Shown: positions 1 to 9,065 of the stretch, piece after piece
How positions within the stretch are numbered: the stretch's first letter is position 1
Layout of the letters: each line of letters begins with the position of its first letter
Virus record (IMG/VR): IMGVR_UViG_3300013131_004463
Coordinates: 1 to 64,000 of that record
Source of the DNA: a virus
Reading direction: 5' to 3' (one strand)
DNA length: 64,000 nt
Program-made: the position numbers and the translations under genes
Notes under the pieces: model-generated
Seen by the model: the letters and a program-made list of their open reading frames with translations, nothing else
Databases searched by the model: none
Told to the model about the DNA's origin: nothing

Positions 1-2
1 AA

Positions 3-149
3 AAAACAAGAAGATCTTATCCATCAGAGAATATCTATTATTGGATTGCTAAAAATGGTTTTATAAATTCAAATAAAGAAGAAATATCAGATCATCTTAA
101 AGATTGGATTAAAGTATTAAGAACAATACATAATGAAGTTTGGTTTTGA
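3..149 (+). CDS. 3' end of a hypothetical protein, truncated by the window edge
   Basis: Open frame from nt 3 (KTRRSYPSEN...HNEVWF) to TGA at 147-149; converges on the next gene. Confidence 0.55.
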   Translation, partial: KTRRSYPSENIYYWIAKNGFINSNKEEISDHLKDWIKVLRTIHNEVWF

Positions 150-809
150 TTAATGTTCATAAAAATTAAAATACTCTTTCATCTCATCATAACACCAAGA
201 AATCATCAAGCTTTGTTTAGATTTTAAATTTTTAGTATAAACTTTATGAAAATATTCCATTTCCGTCAATGTCCATCTATATAAATTTGGCCAAATATCA
301 AAAAATATAGTATCAAATTTTTCTTTAAAATCTCTATGATAAGTAAAAGCATCCCCATGAAGAATAGTAACTTTATTATGGATATCTCTTTCTTTTATGT
401 ATGGTGATATTAATTCTATTAAATCTTTATCATATTCTATAATTTTTATAGATTTTATTGTTGGATCATTTAATAATGGAAATATTACCAGACCTAGACC
501 CAATCCAAAGTTTAAAATATCTCCATAAGCTTTATCTAAAAACTTTTTGCAAGATACAATTTCAAATGAAAGATTAGACATCATCGTTCCGTATTTTTTA
601 TGGATAAGAGCTACGCAATCTTTATCAATATCTTTTTCGTATTCTTTTTTATATATATGTCTTAATGGATATTCTTCGTTAAGTCCTGGCGCGTCTTTTG
701 GTACCTCAAAATCATAGTCTTCTTTTGTCCATCTAGCTTTAATTAATTTAAAATTTCTAGTCTCAGCGTTAGAGGTATATATTTTACTTATATCGATTAT
801 TTCTCTCAT
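150..809 (-). CDS. Class I SAM-dependent methyltransferase (spermidine-synthase-like fold)
   Basis: Motifs GDILNFGLGLG, IIEYD, GDAF and FDTIFFDIW. Confidence 0.75.
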   Translation of the reverse strand: MREIIDISKIYTSNAETRNFKLIKARWTKEDYDFEVPKDAPGLNEEYPLRHIYKKEYEKDIDKDCVALIHKKYGTMMSNLSFEIVSCKKFLDKAYGDILNFGLGLGLVIFPLLNDPTIKSIKIIEYDKDLIELISPYIKERDIHNKVTILHGDAFTYHRDFKEKFDTIFFDIWPNLYRWTLTEMEYFHKVYTKNLKSKQSLMISWCYDEMKEYFNFYEH

Positions 810-814
810 ATTAA

Positions 815-1124
815 CTTTTCTTTGATATCCAAAAGGGCTTTACCTTCATATTGTGTATTGTATGAAGTTTTTTTATATCAATCCAACTTTTCTTTTGACT
901 CCAAATTTATTGCAATTTCAGCAATAAATGGGCCATCGCACTTATGGATCAGAGGTAGCTTCGATCACTACATTCTGCGATGCCTATAGCTACATTCCCT
1001 TCATTAGCCATATTATGCACAAACGAAGGTTTTAATAGTCGTCAGCCCTTGGGACGTTGCTATCTCAAAGGATTGATAGTTGATTTTTTGACATCAACAA
1101 ACTGCTCTAATTGGAAGCTATGTT
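815..1124 (-). ncRNA. Candidate structured ncRNA or long 5' leader, family unrecognised
   Basis: ORF-free and GC-richer than flanks; at least 6 hairpins plus a 9-bp long-range helix (876-884 with 1070-1078); G-U pairs favour the minus strand; sigma70 promoter directly upstream. Confidence 0.6.
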
Positions 1125-1130
1125 AAGTAT

Positions 1131-1159
1131 ATAGTATTATTTTTTTATTTTTTTGTCAA
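1131..1159 (-). promoter_or_regulatory. Sigma70-type promoter
   Basis: TTGACA (1159-1154), 17-nt spacer, TACTAT (1136-1131). Confidence 0.75.
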
Positions 1160-1178
1160 ATTTTTTTATAATAAAGTA

Positions 1179-1388
1179 ATGGAAATAGTTAAAAATAAAG
1201 CAAGATGGTCGGTTTATGCTCAAAAATGTATACAGCATTATAATATTGATAATGATATTATTTCTGATGAACCAAATGAATATCCATGTATCGCCGTTCC
1301 TCAACTGATTTCGGATGTAAATGGAATAAGAATTAAATTTAATTTTGTTTATAAAAAAGATTGTCAAAGATTATTGAAAGCTTTATAA
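1179..1388 (+). CDS. Small hypothetical protein (69 aa)
   Basis: ORF with TATAAT just upstream of the ATG; no recognised motif. Confidence 0.6.
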   Translation: MEIVKNKARWSVYAQKCIQHYNIDNDIISDEPNEYPCIAVPQLISDVNGIRIKFNFVYKKDCQRLLKAL

Positions 1389-1418
1389 TGTGTAAGATAG
1401 AATAAGTTCTTTCTCATT

Positions 1419-1806
1419 GGGCCCGTACTGGTTTCGATTTTAGGAGTCGGAATTAAAATGCAGGTAGAGGTTTAGGTGGGACTCTTTAAAAAGCCTTAAA
1501 AGTATTAACTGCCAAAACAGCCAAATACAAAGGTCATATCTCTACTAGAGTTTCTCTAGTTGAGGAGACCACTTCTGTAGCCTAAGTTCTACAGCGTGAT
1601 TACCATGACGCATCTAATGGATAGTCGCGTATTTAGATGTCTTTGTCTTTAAAGTTTTTTTATTCTTTATTGGCTTTGTATTCAAAATAAAATCGCTGAG
1701 TATGTTTGTTGTTTATCTATATAAAGCTAAAAACAAAAACAACTAAACTTGTAGTATTTTAATTTAAATTCACTAAAAGACAAGAGTTCAATTCTCTTCG
1801 GGTCCA
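1419..1806 (+). ncRNA. ssrA: tmRNA (transfer-messenger RNA)
   Basis: 5' GGGCCCG-TACTGGTTTCGA; 3' GAC-AAGAG-TTCAATT-CTCTT-CGGGTCC-A (T arm plus acceptor stem with G3:U alanine determinant and discriminator A; CCA not encoded). Resume context TTAACT-GCC at 1511; tag ORF 1511-1585 reads AKTAKYKGHISTRVSLVEETTSVA*. Confidence 0.93.
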
Positions 1807-1872
1807 AGCAAACGAATCCCCCTGTCTGCATTTTTATTAGACAATCGTATGTATACTTCATACAATCTTTAC

Positions 1873-2427
1873 ATGAACATAAAAAAGATAAGAATAATTT
1901 GCGCTAATTGTAATAAAGAGCATGAAATAAGACAAGGTGACTTTAATAGAAAAATTAAAGCTGGTCAAAGTAAATTTTACTGCAGCCTAAAATGCTCTGG
2001 TAAAGCTGATTATAAAAATAATCCAAAAAAACTAGAAAAAAATAGAGGCAATATTAGCTTATTAAAAGGTTACGAAAGTAATAGGCTAGATGAATTTAGT
2101 CCTTTCAAATATCACGCGAACAAAGCAAGATCAAGAAGCAAGGCTAGAGGAGAAAAAACCAACCTAGACGTCCAATATTTAAAAGAAATTTGGGATAAAC
2201 AAAATGGAACTTGTCCATACACCAATATCAAAATGGAAATATCTAGGACAAGTCAAGATGAAGATATCAAAAAAGCTCCAACAAAAGCAAGCCTTGATAG
2301 AATTGATGCAAGTATAGGCTATGTTAAAGGTAATGTTGAGTTTGTATGTTATTGCATCAATGTAATGAAAAATGATTTTACAAAAGAACAGATGATAGAT
2401 TTTATAAATCAAATTAAAAATATTTAA
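1873..2427 (+). CDS. Free-standing HNH-type endonuclease with N-terminal Zn finger
   Basis: CANC...FYCSLKC finger; CPYT...SLDRID...GY..GNVEFVC..IN.MK core. Start moved from 1849 to 1873 because TAGACA-17-TACAAT (1838-1866) ends 6 nt before this ATG. Confidence 0.8.
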   Translation: MNIKKIRIICANCNKEHEIRQGDFNRKIKAGQSKFYCSLKCSGKADYKNNPKKLEKNRGNISLLKGYESNRLDEFSPFKYHANKARSRSKARGEKTNLDVQYLKEIWDKQNGTCPYTNIKMEISRTSQDEDIKKAPTKASLDRIDASIGYVKGNVEFVCYCINVMKNDFTKEQMIDFINQIKNI

Positions 2428-2452
2428 ATTTTAAACATTTATTTTTTTTTAA

Positions 2453-2458
2453 GTGTAA
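2453..2458 (+). promoter_or_regulatory. GTGTAA putative late-promoter element
   Basis: 8 nt upstream of ATG 2467; the same element precedes 8 other transcription units. Confidence 0.6.
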
Positions 2459-2466
2459 TACCAAGT

Positions 2467-3861
2467 ATGCCCAATAATCAAGGAAGCATAGGAAAAAATT
2501 TCGTCTTACCACCTGCGAAGGTAATACCACAATCCCCACAGAATAGTTACGCTGGAATGGGGCAAAGAGTCCTGAGAAGTTCCGAAAAATTGGGTTTTGG
2601 CGGGGGTGGGTACGAACTTGCAACTCCAGTTGTGATGCCATCCGCGCCAATAATTTCTCTTCTTTCAGTTGGAAATTCTCATATAGTTCTATCTGTAACT
2701 AATCATAATGCAAACGCAGCTAAATTACACTCTTATCAGGTCTATGTAAATAATGCTCTTTACGCAAATTTCGTAGCGAATTCAAATGAGATAAAAATTA
2801 CTGGCCTTCCTAATAATAGAGAGCATAGAATTAAAGTCAAGGCAGTAGGTGCAACCTATTCTGGTTCTGGAGCTGGAGCATCAATTACTAACTATGGCGA
2901 GACCGAGTTTAGCAACGAAGTATCAGGAACACCAACTATAGCATTAGCACCAAAATCAAGTCCATCAATGAATACTAACAAAATAGACGTCAAGTATGTT
3001 TCAAGCAATACATATGCAAATTCTTCTTTGGTTCCTACTTCGACATATTCAGAACTTTTCGAAGGAACGACTTATCCAACTAATCCTGTTTATTTTAAAA
3101 ACAATTTTTGCATTGGTAGCTTTAATGCAAACATTAAATTTAAAGCAAGAATGCAATATGGCGGAGCCGACAAACTTTACGCTGGTTCGATATTTGGTAT
3201 TTTTTCAGATGTAAATATAGACCTAAGCCCACTACCCTTTACCAGTCTTTTAAATTATGACGTGGCGGGGCAGGGGGTGGCTCTGCACAAAAAGTATGAT
3301 GATACATGGTATGGATTATGGAAGGCCGCTGGGTTCCCCGAAAATAGCCCGATCTTTGCTACCGCAGCGGGAGACTCTCAGCAAGGCCAGGATCATTTTG
3401 ATGTTGATATAGCTAGTCAATTAAGAAGAGAATTTATTCTTGCAAGGCCCTATATTGCTGAAAAACTTAGAAAATATATTAAAAATAATTTTAGTACTAT
3501 TCTTAGATCAGCAGATACAATGAGAGCTTATCTTGATGTAATTAATTTAAATACCCCAGGCATCACAACCTCATTTAAAGATTTTCTGCTTCCTTACGAA
3601 GGATTAGTTTTTATTACACCACATATTATTGCCTCAACTTTTCCAGTTGGAGTAAATCAAACCACTACTTTCTCTTACAAAATGGTAGATTCCAATAATG
3701 TAACTCAATTTACAAAAGAAAACGCTTCAACTTCAATAGTATTAGCTCCAACACAAACAGCTGATAGTTTTACTTTTCAAGAATTAAAAACAATACAAGA
3801 TGTAAGCGATATTTTTGGTCCAGCAACGGACGAGCTAGCGGAAGCAAATATAACAATCTAA
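2467..3861 (+). CDS. Fibronectin type III domain protein, probable virion decoration protein
   Basis: FN3 pattern PSAP...SYQVYVN...ITGLPNNREHRIKVKAVG...SNEVSGTP; GTGTAA upstream. Confidence 0.6.
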   Translation: MPNNQGSIGKNFVLPPAKVIPQSPQNSYAGMGQRVLRSSEKLGFGGGGYELATPVVMPSAPIISLLSVGNSHIVLSVTNHNANAAKLHSYQVYVNNALYANFVANSNEIKITGLPNNREHRIKVKAVGATYSGSGAGASITNYGETEFSNEVSGTPTIALAPKSSPSMNTNKIDVKYVSSNTYANSSLVPTSTYSELFEGTTYPTNPVYFKNNFCIGSFNANIKFKARMQYGGADKLYAGSIFGIFSDVNIDLSPLPFTSLLNYDVAGQGVALHKKYDDTWYGLWKAAGFPENSPIFATAAGDSQQGQDHFDVDIASQLRREFILARPYIAEKLRKYIKNNFSTILRSADTMRAYLDVINLNTPGITTSFKDFLLPYEGLVFITPHIIASTFPVGVNQTTTFSYKMVDSNNVTQFTKENASTSIVLAPTQTADSFTFQELKTIQDVSDIFGPATDELAEANITI

Positions 3862-3867
3862 TTCTTT

Positions 3868-4596
3868 ATGAGAACGAAAACATTAGATCAAATCTGGGAG
3901 GAAAATTTTGAATTTTTAACGCCAGAGCAAGCGAACATAGATATTGCCTCGTGTGGTAATGGTCAAGGAGGGGACCCTGCGGATAATCAAAAAAGCCCTA
4001 TGGACACTTTAGCAGATAAAATTGCTGCTATATTGAATGACCCAGCCATGTCTGAGGCTGCTAAACAGGCTAAAATTCAGCAACTCCTTAACAACTTTTT
4101 TAACCCCCCGCCCCAAGGAATAGGTCCAATTGCTCCAGGTCCTACTCCTGGTGGCCCAATTGCATATCCTGGTAATATAAATCCAACAAGGCCAGGTAAT
4201 ACTGACCCCACTAATGGACCTATCCCTCCTCCTCCTGGACTGCCAGAGTTTCCCGATATACAACCCGATATAGGGGGACGGATAAATTTAGATATTGATA
4301 ATGATGGAAATGTAGACGTAAGGTTAGAACCCATTTTGCCCGATGCAGCGAAAACCGCAAAACAAGTTCTTCACGCTGCTGTAGCAAAGATAAATGGACC
4401 CTGCAAAAACAATAAATCTGGTTCAAATGACCCTAGCGGTGGAAGTGGCAGTGGAGAGCCTACACCTCCAACACCAACAACTCCACTCGTTCCCCCGCCC
4501 ACCACACCTCCAGTCACCACCGTACCCTTTAGACCCGTCACTCCTCCCGGCGCTCGCCCTGGTGCTGGAGTAATTGGTGGAAGACCTGTTCAGTAA
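3868..4596 (+). CDS. Pro/Gly/Thr-rich low-complexity protein
   Basis: PGPTPGGP and PTPPTPTTPLVPPPTTPPVTT tracts; follows the FN3 gene after 6 nt. Confidence 0.7.
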   Translation: MRTKTLDQIWEENFEFLTPEQANIDIASCGNGQGGDPADNQKSPMDTLADKIAAILNDPAMSEAAKQAKIQQLLNNFFNPPPQGIGPIAPGPTPGGPIAYPGNINPTRPGNTDPTNGPIPPPPGLPEFPDIQPDIGGRINLDIDNDGNVDVRLEPILPDAAKTAKQVLHAAVAKINGPCKNNKSGSNDPSGGSGSGEPTPPTPTTPLVPPPTTPPVTTVPFRPVTPPGARPGAGVIGGRPVQ

Positions 4597-4709
4597 GATA
4601 ATAACCTATACGCAAGTGGATGGATAGTAAGATTAATTAATCCTGATGGAAGTGTTACATGGAACGGCGAGGCCGTGCTGGTGGTGGAGTAATTGGTGGA
4701 AGACCTGTT
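4559..4709 (+). repeat. 32-bp direct repeat (4559-4590 and 4678-4709), 31/32 identical
   Basis: CTGGTG(C/G)TGGAGTAATTGGTGGAAGACCTGTT occurs twice. Confidence 0.9.
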
Positions 4710-4785
4710 ATATCGCGACGCCACAGTACCCATAACGACAAAACTTTAGTTTTGATTTTTTATATTATGAAGATATAATAAGTTA

Positions 4786-5751
4786 TTGAACATTCTTTGG
4801 CCAGATATCCATAAAAATCTCACAAAAAATATAGCAAAAGCATTTTCTTTGCTTGGTCACAATCTCATATTACCAAGCAATGAATATATTCCATCTAATC
4901 TTCCACCAAAACAATTTAATCAATGGGTTTGGAACACTAATTGGACACAAGAAAAAGCAAATTTAGAATTTAATTCAAACAATGTCAAAGTTCTTAACAA
5001 AGAACAAATACTAGATCTTAAGCCAGAAATAGTATTTATAACAAGTTTTGAAAGTCAGTTTGAAATATTAAATGAAATTTGGCCTCACCTTAAAGATAAA
5101 AGTAAACTAGCTTGCTATAGTGGCAATGATTATTGGGACGGAGCATATCCTTTTTATATTATTAAAAATTATCTTTGTGCAGATTATGTAGGCTATATGC
5201 TAGCTAATAAATATAAAGTAAACCATCTTTATTATAAACCTTGGGTAGATTATGATAGATGTACTTTTAATGGACCAACTGATGGAAATATAGTTGGAGT
5301 TTATATTTCAGAATATGAAAAGAATTTTAATCAAGAATATAACATGAGCCGCGAACTTCAAAAAATAACACCATATATAGATTATCACTATCATACGAAT
5401 AGCACTCAAGAAGAACTTACAGAAACCCTTAAATCTAGTATTGCTACCCAGCACATTAAACACCTCGAAGGTTATGGCATAGCAATAATCGAAAGCATGG
5501 CCTGTGGCAAGCCAGTATTTATGCATCGTAGGATGGCTCAAAATAAAAGCCTTATGCAGTGGAGCATAGAAAATGTTACTGCATTATTTTTTGAAAGTGA
5601 ATATGAATATATAGCTAAACTAAAAGCATTATACGAAAGCAAAGATTATAGATATTTCCTTCAAAATACAACTGCAAATGTTATAAGACAAATTATTGAT
5701 AATAAAAGAGAAACTGAAAAGCTTGGACATTTTCTTAATAATTTAGTATAA
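4786..5751 (+). CDS. Glycosyltransferase, GT4-like (GT-B fold)
   Basis: EGYGIAIIESMACGKPV (E-x7-E motif); TTGATT-16-TATAAT promoter at 4752-4779. Confidence 0.8.
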   Translation: MNILWPDIHKNLTKNIAKAFSLLGHNLILPSNEYIPSNLPPKQFNQWVWNTNWTQEKANLEFNSNNVKVLNKEQILDLKPEIVFITSFESQFEILNEIWPHLKDKSKLACYSGNDYWDGAYPFYIIKNYLCADYVGYMLANKYKVNHLYYKPWVDYDRCTFNGPTDGNIVGVYISEYEKNFNQEYNMSRELQKITPYIDYHYHTNSTQEELTETLKSSIATQHIKHLEGYGIAIIESMACGKPVFMHRRMAQNKSLMQWSIENVTALFFESEYEYIAKLKALYESKDYRYFLQNTTANVIRQIIDNKRETEKLGHFLNNLV

Positions 5752-5760
5752 TTTTCAATA

Positions 5761-6597
5761 GTGAAAATCTGGCTCTGTGGCATTACCCAAAACGAGAAGC
5801 AGAATATTGATGATATGACAAAAGATATATATCAATATTTTGATGGTTTAATTTTTGTAGATGGCGGCTCAACTGATGGAACATTGGGTATATTAAATGC
5901 AAGAAAAGGTCAAGGAAAGATAATAAATAGAGAATGGTCAAATGATCATGACCTTCAAATGAATGGTTTTTTAAGATCAAATGTTATGCAAAATGGAGAT
6001 TGGTTTATTATAAGAGATAGCTGTGAAAGATTAAATATAGATTGGGCAAAAAATCTTAGATTATTTATAGAGGGATTTTTAACTCAAAATAATATTAATT
6101 CATGCGTTGATAGAGAAAAAGCTTTTCTAATTAAATATAATGATAATATGATATTTCAAGGTAGTCCTCATTGGGGGCTACAAGGCATGCAACCAAATTA
6201 TATAGATCTATATAAATACTATCAAGGCAATCAACAATTATTTGCGTGGGAGGAAAGACCAGCCCAAAGAAAACATTATATTGATAGTGATATGAAATAT
6301 TATTTTGTATATGGCAGATCGAATCACTGTGTCCTACATTATTATGATAATGGGAAAACTCCAGAAAGATATCATCAACAAGAAAATATAAGACAACAAT
6401 TTAGAGCTTATTGTCAATCATTAAATATTAAACTAGATTTAGATTCGCTAAAAACTTATTGGAAAGAGAATCAGCCAGATAATAATATGAAGTTATTTAT
6501 TAATAACGAAAGATTAATAAGAAGATTTTATAGATTAAATATCTTAAATCATTCATTAGAACAAATCGATTCATCAGAAGACTGGAGATTAGAATGA
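5761..6597 (+). CDS. Glycosyltransferase, GT2-like
   Basis: ITQNE...FVDGGSTDGT...WFIIRDSCE. Confidence 0.75.
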   Translation: MKIWLCGITQNEKQNIDDMTKDIYQYFDGLIFVDGGSTDGTLGILNARKGQGKIINREWSNDHDLQMNGFLRSNVMQNGDWFIIRDSCERLNIDWAKNLRLFIEGFLTQNNINSCVDREKAFLIKYNDNMIFQGSPHWGLQGMQPNYIDLYKYYQGNQQLFAWEERPAQRKHYIDSDMKYYFVYGRSNHCVLHYYDNGKTPERYHQQENIRQQFRAYCQSLNIKLDLDSLKTYWKENQPDNNMKLFINNERLIRRFYRLNILNHSLEQIDSSEDWRLE

Positions 6598-7493
6598 AGC
6601 TAATAGATTGTTTTATGTACTTTAATGAGAAAGATATTGCTTATCTTAGAATAAAAGAATTATATGATTCTGTAGATTATTTTGTAATAAATGAAGCCAC
6701 AAAAACTCATCAAGGACAAGACAAAGAATTATCATTTTGGAAAGATACTAGGCTACAAGAATTTAAAGATAAAATTATTTATTCACCAATAGAACTAGAT
6801 GGAAGATTTGATGCCTTGATGCCTAAATTTTTTCCAGATGCAAAAATTGGCGCAAAAGAACATGAGCAAAGAATAAGGCTTTTTGAACAAATCGAACCAC
6901 TCAATTTAGATGATTTGGATACGATTATGATTTCAGATTGTGATGAAATACCTAATAAAAATATTTTTCAAGACATGATTAAATATCCAATAGTAGCATT
7001 AAATCAAATGTTTTTTGTACATTATATTGATATTTATACAAATAAAAATGTAACTGGAACAGTAGCTTGTAAATATGAAGGACTAAAACATTTAAATACT
7101 CTAGGCTTTGGAATGGGTTTTCAACTTTTAAGAAGAGATAAAGATTTTATGCCAAGGCTGGAAAATGGAGGATGGCATTACTCTTATATGGGCGGAGCAA
7201 AATCGGTAAGCCAAAAAGTAGTCTCGACTTATGATGGTAATTTAAATTCTCAATGGAAAACAGAAGAAGCAGCTCAAAAATTAATTAATGAGAGCATTCA
7301 AAATAGACAAAGCCCATTCTCTCAAGAGCCAATTAATATTTTAGATTTTAAATACGCAACTATTGCTGATTTAAATTTCATAACAGCAAAACAAGGTGGA
7401 TGGCATAAATCATCAGCGAGATGTCAATTACATCCTAAAGTACTAGAATTAGATTTTAATGGAGATTTTGAAATCTTAAGGTATAAAAAATGA
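6594..7493 (+). CDS. Glycosyltransferase, GT17 (beta-1,4-GlcNAc transferase/MGAT3-like)
   Basis: IDCFMYFNE..I..LRI.EL...VDYFVI.E, ISDCDEIP and GGWHYSYMG. Confidence 0.8.
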   Translation: MKLIDCFMYFNEKDIAYLRIKELYDSVDYFVINEATKTHQGQDKELSFWKDTRLQEFKDKIIYSPIELDGRFDALMPKFFPDAKIGAKEHEQRIRLFEQIEPLNLDDLDTIMISDCDEIPNKNIFQDMIKYPIVALNQMFFVHYIDIYTNKNVTGTVACKYEGLKHLNTLGFGMGFQLLRRDKDFMPRLENGGWHYSYMGGAKSVSQKVVSTYDGNLNSQWKTEEAAQKLINESIQNRQSPFSQEPINILDFKYATIADLNFITAKQGGWHKSSARCQLHPKVLELDFNGDFEILRYKK

Positions 7494-8368
7494 CAGATAT
7501 AGATTTTATATTAGCCTACGAACAAAATCCATTAATTTATGATTATATCTATAAAAATGGTACTTTTTACAAAAATAGCACAAATCAAAGACAATATCAT
7601 TTCCCAGAAATAGATTTATTAAAAAATAAATTGGATATAGCAGACCAGAACATAAGTAATAATTCTATTATATATTTTTGCATGAATGAATTTGAAAATT
7701 TATTAAATATTTTAAACAACCATTCTAATAAAAAATATGTTTTACTTGCGGATGGAGGAGATGGGAATGTTGAAAATTTAAAATTATCAGATAATATTTT
7801 ACATGTATATTGCCCAAATTTACCATTTTATAATAATAAGTATAGCCCATTTCCAAGAGGAATTTTAAAAGATAATTATTTAAGAGGCACAAAAGATACA
7901 AAGAACTTAGAAAGATCAAAAAATATATATTGTAATTTTACAGTATATTCTTATTCTAATCACAGAATAAATGATTTTAATTATTGGTATAATTTATCAA
8001 AATCAAATGATTATATAACTATAAAAAAAATAAATCACTCAGACGATCAATCTTACTGGAAAGATTTATATGAACACAAATTTAATATATGCTCATCGCC
8101 AGCTTCAGTCGCAGACAAAAATCAGAATAGAGATACGTATAGACTTTGGGAGACTTTAGTCGCTGGCTGTATTCCAGTAATTAAAAGGAGTAAAATGGCA
8201 GAATTTTTCTATAGTTTAAATTTACCAATATTAATAGTTGATCAATGGGAGGAAGCATCTTTAGATTATTTGAATAAAATTTTACAAGAATTTTCCAATA
8301 AATCTTTAGAAGCCACAAAAGAACAATATTGGATAGATAAATTAAGAGGACACTTTAAACATGAATAA
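7490..8368 (+). CDS. Exostosin/GT47-like glycosyltransferase
   Basis: HKFNICS...DTYRLWETLVAGCIPVI...LPILIVDQW. Confidence 0.7.
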   Translation: MTDIDFILAYEQNPLIYDYIYKNGTFYKNSTNQRQYHFPEIDLLKNKLDIADQNISNNSIIYFCMNEFENLLNILNNHSNKKYVLLADGGDGNVENLKLSDNILHVYCPNLPFYNNKYSPFPRGILKDNYLRGTKDTKNLERSKNIYCNFTVYSYSNHRINDFNYWYNLSKSNDYITIKKINHSDDQSYWKDLYEHKFNICSSPASVADKNQNRDTYRLWETLVAGCIPVIKRSKMAEFFYSLNLPILIVDQWEEASLDYLNKILQEFSNKSLEATKEQYWIDKLRGHFKHE

Positions 8369-9065
8369 CCCATTTGATTTTTTTGAAGAAATTTATTGTA
8401 TTAATTTAAATTATCGCACAGATAAGTGGAAAGCCTGTTTAGAGCAATTCGAAAAAATAGGCATACACAATAGAGTAGAAAGATTCGAAGCAATAAAATT
8501 TGAAGGATCACATCCATATGTAAATATTCGTTCGGCTGGATGTTTTGCATCTCACAGAGCAGCAATTAACCTAATTAAAGAGCGTAATTTAAATAATGCT
8601 TTAATTTTTGAAGATGATGTAGAATTTGTAAATGATGTAAATAAACATTTATCTTTATCATTAAATGAATTAAAAAAACAAAATTCATGGGATATATTCT
8701 ACTTAGGCATGCATGTTGGAGAAAAAATGGATAATAATAGACCAAATCAAATTGCATTAGAAAGAGTTGATAAAAATTTATTAAAAGTTAACGTAGCTCT
8801 ATGCGCTCACGCTCAAGCGTATAGCAGAGAGGCATCAGAAATCATTAGCGCAAATATTCCAGAGGGCCAAGCCATCATACCTTGGCTTCAAACAAATGAA
8901 AGCGTAGATGGATGGCTAATGAGACATATTTTACCAAGAGGAAAATCATTTTCAACAAATGAAATATTAGCTACTCAGTCTGAATCTTTTTCAGATAATA
9001 ATTTAGTAATGACAAGATTAGATAAATATTTTGTAGAAGCTTTCTATAAATATAGACCAGCATGA
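8361..9065 (+). CDS. Glycosyltransferase, GT25
   Basis: YCINL..R.D, RFEAI, GCFASH, LIFEDD and AHAQAYS. Confidence 0.8.
   Translation: MNNPFDFFEEIYCINLNYRTDKWKACLEQFEKIGIHNRVERFEAIKFEGSHPYVNIRSAGCFASHRAAINLIKERNLNNALIFEDDVEFVNDVNKHLSLSLNELKKQNSWDIFYLGMHVGEKMDNNRPNQIALERVDKNLLKVNVALCAHAQAYSREASEIISANIPEGQAIIPWLQTNESVDGWLMRHILPRGKSFSTNEILATQSESFSDNNLVMTRLDKYFVEAFYKYRPA

Noticed and set aside
1039-1045. Hammerhead ribozyme core CUGACGA on the minus strand
   Set aside because: No stem II followed by GAAA at the required spacing
1419-1806. Host tmRNA serving as a prophage attachment site
   Set aside because: No integrase or duplicated 3' end; both flanks look phage-like and the gene carries the phage GTGTAA element
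4559-4709. DGR template/variable repeat pair
   Set aside because: Only 32 bp long, the single mismatch is C/G rather than at adenine, and there is no reverse transcriptase in the window
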